Origin: Candidatus Uhrbacteria bacterium | GTDB lineage: Bacteria; Patescibacteriota; Patescibacteriia; UBA9934; GWF2-40-263 | Assembly: GCA_016188475.1 (NCBI GenBank) | Contig: JACPHT010000001.1 | Span: 138-64,137, forward strand | Length of the DNA: 64,000 nucleotides | Reading direction: 5' to 3' | Shown: in pieces, positions 57,692 to 64,000 of the stretch | How the letters are laid out: every line of letters begins with the position of its first letter | How positions within the stretch are numbered: the stretch's first letter is position 1 | Translations under genes and position numbers: made by a program | Notes under the pieces: generated by a model | Seen by the model: only the letters and a program-made list of their open reading frames with translations | Databases searched by the model: none | Told to the model about the DNA's origin: nothing

Positions 57692-59266
57692 ATGTTAACA
57701 ATTCAAACTATTCAAACTTTCGCATTTCTAGTTATTGGGTTTGCGATCGGAGGTGTTATCGGATATTTCTACAGAAAGTCAGTTGGCAAAAAAGCTGCTG
57801 ATCAATCCGAAGCAAAAGCTGAACGCATTCTTGCGGACGCAAAAGCCAAACAACAGGAAATTCTCCAGAGCGCTAAAGCGTCACAACAGGAGATGATGCT
57901 TGAAGCAAAAGAAAAATCGTTCGCATTGATTGAGGAAGCAAAGCGAGAAGAACAAACTCGACATCGCGATTTGCAAGATCAGCAACACAGACTTGAAAAA
58001 CGCGAAACAATGTTTGATCAAAAATTGATAGAATTTGAAGACAAGAAAACTAAACTTGAAGAAAGAACAAAAGAAGTTGAAAACATTCGCGACCAAATAA
58101 ATAAAATAAAAGAAGAACAGGTCGTCAAACTTCAAGAAGTGGCTGGTCTGTCGCGCGAACAAGCTCTTGAACAACTGCTTAAAGAGGTCCAAGAATCCGA
58201 ACAAGAAGCGCTTACGAATCGTTTGCGCAAAATGGAACAAATCACAGAAGAAGAACTTGATGAAAAATCACGCAAGGTTATTTCGCTTGCCATGACACGT
58301 TTTGCGTCTTCAGTTTCAACAGAAACAAACACAACTTCAGTTGAATTGCCAAACGATGAAATGAAAGGACGTATCATTGGCAAAGAAGGACGCAACATCA
58401 AAGCAATCGAAATGCTTACAGGAACAGAAATTATCGTGGATGAAACTCCTGAAGTTATTACAATCAGTGGCTTCTCCCCTATCCGAAGACAAGTTGCCAA
58501 ACGCGCGCTTGATGCTTTGATTAAGGACGGCCGTATTCATCCGGCGCGAATTGAAGAAGCAATTCAAGAAGCAAAAAAATCGCTTGCGCAAGATTTGAGA
58601 AAAGCCGGAGAGGAAGCGCTTTATCAACTTGGTCTTCCTGTTTCATCTATTGATCCAAAACTCACTTCAATTTTGGGCCGTATGAAATATCGAACAAGTT
58701 ACGGACAAAACGCTCTGCAACACTCAATTGAAGTCGGAATTATTTCCGGAATGATTGCGGAGGAACTCGGAGCTGATGTGTTTATTTGTAAAAAAGGCGG
58801 ACTGTTCCATGACATTGGAAAAGCGGTTGATCACGACATGCAAGGCGCACATCCTGAAATCGGATACAACATCATGAAAAAATTTGGATTCCCAGAAGAG
58901 ATCAGTTACCAGTCAATTGCGCATCATGAAGATCGTCCGCGAACGATAGAAGGCGCAATCGTTAAAGCGGCTGATGCGATTTCAGGAGCTCGCCCTGGCG
59001 CGCGAAAACAATCGCTTGAACAATTTATTCAGCGCATGGAAGAGTTGGAAAAAACAGCGAGTTCGTTCGACGGAGTTGAGAAGGTTTACGCGATTCAAGC
59101 AGGACGTGAAATTCGAGTGTTTATCCAACCACAAAAGATTGATGATCTTACAGCGTATAAATTGGCAAAAGATATTGCCAACAAAATTGAAGCAGAACTT
59201 TCATATCCTGGAGAGATTAAAATCACTGTGATTCGAGAAACGCGCGTAATTGAATACGCACGCTAA
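57692..59266 (+). CDS. rny: ribonuclease Y
   Basis: N-terminal TM helix, coiled coil, KH domain and HD domain (HHEDRPRT). Confidence 0.9.
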   Translation: MLTIQTIQTFAFLVIGFAIGGVIGYFYRKSVGKKAADQSEAKAERILADAKAKQQEILQSAKASQQEMMLEAKEKSFALIEEAKREEQTRHRDLQDQQHRLEKRETMFDQKLIEFEDKKTKLEERTKEVENIRDQINKIKEEQVVKLQEVAGLSREQALEQLLKEVQESEQEALTNRLRKMEQITEEELDEKSRKVISLAMTRFASSVSTETNTTSVELPNDEMKGRIIGKEGRNIKAIEMLTGTEIIVDETPEVITISGFSPIRRQVAKRALDALIKDGRIHPARIEEAIQEAKKSLAQDLRKAGEEALYQLGLPVSSIDPKLTSILGRMKYRTSYGQNALQHSIEVGIISGMIAEELGADVFICKKGGLFHDIGKAVDHDMQGAHPEIGYNIMKKFGFPEEISYQSIAHHEDRPRTIEGAIVKAADAISGARPGARKQSLEQFIQRMEELEKTASSFDGVEKVYAIQAGREIRVFIQPQKIDDLTAYKLAKDIANKIEAELSYPGEIKITVIRETRVIEYAR

Positions 59267-59304
59267 TTGCTTGACTAACAGATTTCTGCTATATTGACTT
59301 TGTT

Positions 59305-59595
59305 ATGAACAAAGCGGACTTGGCAAACATTCTTGCCGAACAACTGAAAGTCTCAAAAAAAATGGCTGAAGATTTTGTTGCTGGATTTGAAGAGATCGTC
59401 ACCCGCGCTCTTTCGCGCGGAGAAGAAGTTACAATCGCCGGATTTGGAACGTTTAGTGCGCGAGCTCGCAAAGGCCGCATAGGTGTAAACCCGCAAAAAC
59501 CGTCCGAGCCTATCACAATTCCAACTGTAACTGTTCCAAAGTTCAAAGCTGGAAAAGCGCTTAAAGATACACTCAAAGGAAAACGGAGCATTTAA
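59305..59595 (+). CDS. hup: DNA-binding protein HU
   Basis: MNKADLANILAEQL...GFGTFSARARKGR..NPQ HU signature. Confidence 0.9.
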   Translation: MNKADLANILAEQLKVSKKMAEDFVAGFEEIVTRALSRGEEVTIAGFGTFSARARKGRIGVNPQKPSEPITIPTVTVPKFKAGKALKDTLKGKRSI

Positions 59596-60822
59596 GCTCC
59601 GTTTTTCGTTAATGCAATCACCTCTTCAACGAGATCTGTCAGTTTAACTAACTGCGCGGTTTCTTCGTGACGCTCTTTCCATTCAACTGAATCTTCAGCA
59701 AGGGATTTTTCCGAAACAACAAGCCGAAGTGGAATTCCGATCAAATCAGCATCCGCAAATTTCTCGCCAGCAGACGCGTCACGATCGTCCCACAAAACTT
59801 CAACTCCTTTAATTTCCAAATCCTGCATAAGCGATTCAGCTGTGTTTTCGATTTTTTCCTTTATAGACTGGTCTTTGTTTGAAAGCGAAACAATGTGAAC
59901 ATCAAACGGCGCAACACTCTTTGGCCAAATCATTCCGCGATCGTCATTGTGAATTTCAACGATTGATCCCATAACGCGCGACGGACCAATTCCATAACAA
60001 CCCATAAGTACATCGTGCATTTGTCTGTCAGGTCCTTGAACTTTGAAACCAAACGCATCAGTAAATCTAGTTTTGAGCGGAAAAATATTTCCGACTTCAA
60101 TTGATTTTGTTTCAACAACTTTTCCTGTTTTGCATGAAGGACACGCGTCGCCATCTTTCACTTCAGCGATTTCGCGATTCTGCGCGAATCCGCACTTGCA
60201 ATGAGTGGCTGAATTTTGAAAACACCCCACCGCTTGCTTCAACAATCAGAGCGTCAAGTCCACATCGTTTGAAAACATTTAAGTACGCTTGTTTGCTCTT
60301 CTCGTAAAAATCCAAAAAATCTTCTTCAGTCAAATGAAAGCTGTACAAATCTTTCATTGAAAATTCACGGCCACGCAAGAGGCCTGATTTCGCGCGCGGC
60401 TCGTTTCGAAACTTATCTTGAATTTGATAAACCGAAAGCGGTAAATCTTTGTACGAATGAACGTACTGTTGAACAAGCGGTGTTACAATTTCCTCGTGCG
60501 TTGAACCAAGAGCGTATTGTTTTTCACCGTGTCCTTCTAATTTGAACAACACATCAATTTTATCCCAGCGCTGTGTTTTGTCGTAAACATCTTTTGGATG
60601 AAGCGCTGGCATGTAAATTTCGCTTGCGCCAAGTTTGTTCATTTCATCGCGAACGATATTGTGAATTTTTTTGAGAACGCGAAGACCGAGCGGTAGATAA
60701 GTATAAACACCTGCCATGAGTTGATTGATAAATCCGGCTTGCGTGAGCAAACGCGCGTTTGTTGAATCCGCGTCGTGCGGAGCTGTTTTATTTGTTTTTC
60801 CGAAAAGTTGAGAGTAGCGCAT
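59592..60822 (-). CDS. proS: prolyl-tRNA synthetase, reading frame interrupted by an apparent single-nucleotide frameshift near 60200-60245
   Basis: N-terminal ORF 60163..60822 carries the class II catalytic core up to GGVFSKFSHS; the overlapping ORF 59592..60245 carries the zinc-binding CxxC region and anticodon-binding domain. Confidence 0.8.
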
Positions 60823-60835
60823 AAGTTGAATGACC

Positions 60836-60935
60836 TCATCATAATATGAAATTCATTCGTTGTCATCTCGAGCGAACGATAGTGAGTCGAGAGATCTCTC
60901 CACTCTCCGGCCTGAAGGCCGGATCGGTCGAGATG
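60836..60935 (-). promoter_or_regulatory. structured 5' leader upstream of proS
   Basis: Nested stems GTCATCTCGAC...GTCGAGATGAC, CCGGCC-ttca-GGCCGG and a 12-bp GAGAGATCTCTC palindrome. Confidence 0.3.
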
Positions 60936-61020
60936 ACAGAATGCATACGCAGAAAATAAAACACCCGTTCCAAGAGAAGCTTGAAACGGGCAAGAGGTGT
61001 ACCACGGCTGAAGCCGTGGG

Positions 61021-62001
61021 CTATCGCGGCACAGTTGATGCGAGCGGGCCTTCGTGCGAGCGAAGAAACCAGCCGTTTGTAAAGTTGGCGAGCTCTTTCA
61101 TTTGCGAGTCCGAGATCGGAGAGAGTGAATGAGCGATGACAGGCGGAAGATGAAGCGTTCTCCAATTTTCCCAGTCATCTCCTGGTTCATCGGTCACGAG
61201 CACGATCGCGTCCGGATGGAACTTGGTGTTCGCGTGCTCGAGCGCGTGACGTGTGTTTTCGAATCCACCATGCGTCTGAAATTCCATTTCGGATGCGTCA
61301 AGTTCACGCAAACTTCCCTCTGCGAACATGACAACGCGAACGATTTCCTTGTCAGCGTTTTTGATCGCCTGAAGATACCAAGCCGAAACCCGCGCGCGAT
61401 CGTCCACCCCGTCGTCGCCTCCCATGCTTCCGGTTTCGTCGATTACTACGACGACTCTCTTTCCTCGAATGTCATCGACAGCGTTCTGAATCTCTTCCGG
61501 CGCTGTACGCGAAGGAATCTTCAACACGTCATCTGGCATGAGAGTGTTCGCGTACACGAGCGGCTGACCCTTTTCATCGAACACCATGAAGTTGCAGAAA
61601 TGCCCTCGCCGATCTCGACTATGAGTATACATATTCGACTTGTCAGCGCAGTACTTCAGCGCGTTCGCTTTTAGCGTTTCCTCGTTCGCGAGAACGATGG
61701 ACTCCCATGGGACGTTGTACTGCAAAGCGATCGATATGATGTACTCACCGGCCTTGACCGCGTGCTCAATCATCGCGGACTCTTTCGGTGTTTCATTGAC
61801 GTTCGCAATGACCGTCTGTTGCGAAGCCTTTGTGTTCGCGATCTTCTGCGGCTCTTGCTGTTGTGGATGATCCGGCCACTTCAGCTCCCAAATTATGAAC
61901 GAGACAAGCAAAATCGCGACTAAACAGATAGCACCGGTAATTTCGATTCCCTTTTGAACGCTCGTATCCAGACCATTCCACCACTGACGAAACCGTTGCA
62001 T
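61021..62001 (-). CDS. von Willebrand factor A domain protein with N-terminal TM helix
   Basis: VVVVIDETGSMGG MIDAS motif; moderately GC-rich. Confidence 0.65.
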   Translation of the reverse strand: MQRFRQWWNGLDTSVQKGIEITGAICLVAILLVSFIIWELKWPDHPQQQEPQKIANTKASQQTVIANVNETPKESAMIEHAVKAGEYIISIALQYNVPWESIVLANEETLKANALKYCADKSNMYTHSRDRRGHFCNFMVFDEKGQPLVYANTLMPDDVLKIPSRTAPEEIQNAVDDIRGKRVVVVIDETGSMGGDDGVDDRARVSAWYLQAIKNADKEIVRVVMFAEGSLRELDASEMEFQTHGGFENTRHALEHANTKFHPDAIVLVTDEPGDDWENWRTLHLPPVIAHSLSPISDSQMKELANFTNGWFLRSHEGPLASTVPR

Positions 62002-62097
62002 GTCTCTCTCCCCTTATCTTTTGGCCCTTCCAAACGCCCGACATGAGCGCTTTTTTGGCCAAATGAAGACATCTAAATATAGCAAATTCCTCACAAA

Positions 62098-63783
62098 ATG
62101 TCAATAATGCTTGACCGTCTCGATTTTTTCTATAAGCTGATGTGTACTTCTATGATAAACATAATCAAAAAACGAAAAGTCTATATTCCAGCCATTATTC
62201 TGATAATCATCATTCTCGGTATTGTTATCCTCTCAAATCGAGGTGACAAACAGAAGTTCGATACAGCTGTTGCACAGCGCATTGATCTCACACAGGAAGT
62301 TAGCGTGACCGGCAGAGTAAAACCGGCGCAAAGTGTCGAACTCGCGTTTGAAAAAGGTGGAAAAATTTCAGCTGTGTATACTGACGTCGGTAAACAAGTT
62401 TTTGCTGGTCAGCTTCTTATTGTTCTTGGAAATTCAGAGCTGGCCGCTCAACTCTCGCAAGCGCAAGCTGGTGTTGAAAGCGCTCAAGCCCAACTCGCGC
62501 AATATCAAGCCGCTCTTGAAACTCAACAAGCAAAACTTGAGGAACTTAAACTTGGAACAAGACCGGAGGAAGTTCAAGTTCAAGAAACAAAAGTTACGAA
62601 CGCAAAAACCTCACTCGAGGATGCTAAAAAAAATCTCATTGTTCAAATTCAAGACGCGTATACAAAATCAGACGACGCAATCAGAAATAAAATTGATCAA
62701 TTTTTTCTAAATCCAAAAGGCGCAAATCCGCAACTGACTTTTTTTACTGACAGTCAACTTGAGTCAGATATTGAATCAAAACGACTTCTCATTGAATCAA
62801 CTTTGAAATCTTGGCAAACGTCGTTGGAGACCATTTCGACTTCAAGCGATCTTGAATCGCATCTTGATACTGCAAAAACAAATTTGATTCAAACAAAAAA
62901 CTTACTTGAAAAATCAGCCTTGGCAGTAAATGGACTTTTACCAAATTCTTCCATTTCACAAACAACGATCGACGCGTATAAAAGCGATGTATCAACAGGA
63001 AGAACAAACATAAATACCGCGACAGTCAATCTAACAACCGCAGAGGAGAAACTTAGAACAGCCGAGTCTATTCTTAAACTCGAACAAGATAATCTCGCGC
63101 TGACAAAAGCCGAAGCGACTGTTGAACAAATCACAGCACAAGAAGCTCAAGTTAAACAAGCCGAAGCAAACGTGTTGTCGCAACAAGCACAAATCAAGCA
63201 AGCAAAAGCAAATGTAAATAATTACTTTGCACAAATTTCAAAAACAGTTATTCGCGCTCCGATCAACGGAACCATAACAAAACAAGAAGCAAAAGTCGGT
63301 GAAATAGTTTCAGCAAATACTGTAATTGTTTCTCTCATGTCTGCTTCTCAATTTGAGATTGAAGCAAATGTTCCAGAGGCTGATATTGCGAAAGTAAATG
63401 TTGGCAATGACGCTAAAACCACTCTTGACGCGTACGGCAATGATGTTGTCTTTGGTGTAAAAGTTGTTGCGATTGACCCAGCAGAAACAATAATTGATGG
63501 AGTGGCGACGTATAAAGTTACGTTCCAATTTATAGAAACAGATGAACGGATTAAGTCCGGAATGACAGCGAACATTGATATCTCAACTGAAAAACGCGAG
63601 AACGTAATCGCGGTTCCACAAAGAGCAGTGGTTACAAAAAACGGAGAAAAATATGTTCGTGTGTTAACAGGTGAAGAAACGAAAGAAATTAAGGTCAAAA
63701 CTGGAATGCGTGATTCATATGGAAACATTGAAATACTTGAAGGTATAAATGACGGAGATACTGTCGTGATCACTTTCGAATAA
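62098..63783 (+). CDS. HlyD-family efflux membrane fusion protein (MacA-like)
   Basis: N-terminal TM helix, biotinyl/lipoyl-like beta domains flanking a long coiled coil. Confidence 0.8.
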   Translation: MSIMLDRLDFFYKLMCTSMINIIKKRKVYIPAIILIIIILGIVILSNRGDKQKFDTAVAQRIDLTQEVSVTGRVKPAQSVELAFEKGGKISAVYTDVGKQVFAGQLLIVLGNSELAAQLSQAQAGVESAQAQLAQYQAALETQQAKLEELKLGTRPEEVQVQETKVTNAKTSLEDAKKNLIVQIQDAYTKSDDAIRNKIDQFFLNPKGANPQLTFFTDSQLESDIESKRLLIESTLKSWQTSLETISTSSDLESHLDTAKTNLIQTKNLLEKSALAVNGLLPNSSISQTTIDAYKSDVSTGRTNINTATVNLTTAEEKLRTAESILKLEQDNLALTKAEATVEQITAQEAQVKQAEANVLSQQAQIKQAKANVNNYFAQISKTVIRAPINGTITKQEAKVGEIVSANTVIVSLMSASQFEIEANVPEADIAKVNVGNDAKTTLDAYGNDVVFGVKVVAIDPAETIIDGVATYKVTFQFIETDERIKSGMTANIDISTEKRENVIAVPQRAVVTKNGEKYVRVLTGEETKEIKVKTGMRDSYGNIEILEGINDGDTVVITFE

Positions 63784-63785
63784 AT

Positions 63786-64000
63786 ATGGCAATAATTGAG
63801 GTTACAAATCTGAAAAAAACTTATGTGAATGATGGTGTGGAAACCCCTGCCCTGCGCGGGGTTTCTTTTTCTGTGAGAGCAGGAGAGTTTATCGCGATCA
63901 TGGGTCCATCCGGTTCTGGAAAATCAACTCTTCTTCACATTTTGGGATTTCTTGATCCGCATACTGGTGGAGAATATAAATTCGATGGAAAATCAGTAAC
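63786..64000 (+). CDS. ABC transporter ATP-binding protein (MacB/LolD-like), truncated by the window end
   Basis: [11 protein letters not shown] Walker A. Confidence 0.8.
   Translation, partial: MAIIEVTNLKKTYVNDGVETPALRGVSFSVRAGEFIAIMGPSGSGKSTLLHILGFLDPHTGGEYKFDGKSV

Noticed and set aside
60960-61040. Possible T-box riboswitch upstream of proS (GUGGUACAC resembles the T-box GGUGGUACC core, followed by a terminator)
   Set aside because: The GUGG is sequestered in a perfect CCACGGC/GCCGUGG hairpin that starts at the vWA gene stop codon, and no Stem I or specifier features were found. It is more simply a pair of tandem terminators for the upstream gene.

Overview
Minus-strand-dominated, roughly 38% GC bacterial segment with the hallmarks of a reduced Candidate Phyla Radiation / Patescibacteria-like genome. 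The left third carries a nearly complete S10-spc-alpha ribosomal protein cluster in the conserved order rpsJ-rplC-rplD-rplW-rplB-rpsS-rplV-rpsC-rplP-rpmC-rpsQ-rplN-rplX-rplE-rpsN-rpsH-rplF-rplR-rpsE-rplO-secY-adk-map. It has no L30 gene. A str cluster (rpsL-rpsG-fusA ... tuf) lies next to it and is interrupted by three non-translational genes. Housekeeping genes follow: murA, murI, ndk, comEC, ugd, leuS, gdhA, trxB, trxA, infB, truB, rny, hup and proS. The dominant accessory feature is an integron-like system at about 40.8-53.2 kb. A tyrosine recombinase gene (52372-53202, + strand) is transcribed divergently from an array of at least 14 promoter-less, mostly single-gene cassettes on the minus strand. 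The cassettes are separated by imperfect palindromes carrying RYYYAAC / GTTRRRY-type boxes (attC-like). Seven cassette junctions also carry a near-identical 140-170 bp element that contains a perfect bidirectional intrinsic terminator. Cassette cargo includes an OLD-like ABC-ATPase/TOPRIM protein translationally coupled to a T5orf172 (GIY-YIG-like) protein, which is a candidate undescribed two-gene antiphage system. Other cargo includes GIY-YIG and HNH nucleases, a zinc-ribbon protein, two NUDIX hydrolases, HAD, alpha/beta-hydrolase and creatininase-family enzymes. A second notable signal is a dispersed family of short palindromic elements with a GCCTTCGACAGGCTCAGGC core. Copies are inserted in-frame inside leuS, trxB and truB, as well as in intergenic spacers, analogous to Rickettsia palindromic elements. 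A third signal is a roughly 125-nt long-hairpin element present twice inside the ribosomal protein operon, in the rpsN-rpsH and rplW-rplB spacers, with compensatory base changes. There are also several GC-rich foreign-looking genes with canonical promoters and Shine-Dalgarno sites, a frameshifted proS, and candidate small/structured RNAs. All calls are from reading the sequence and translated ORFs by eye. No database search was run, and start coordinates may be off by a few codons.
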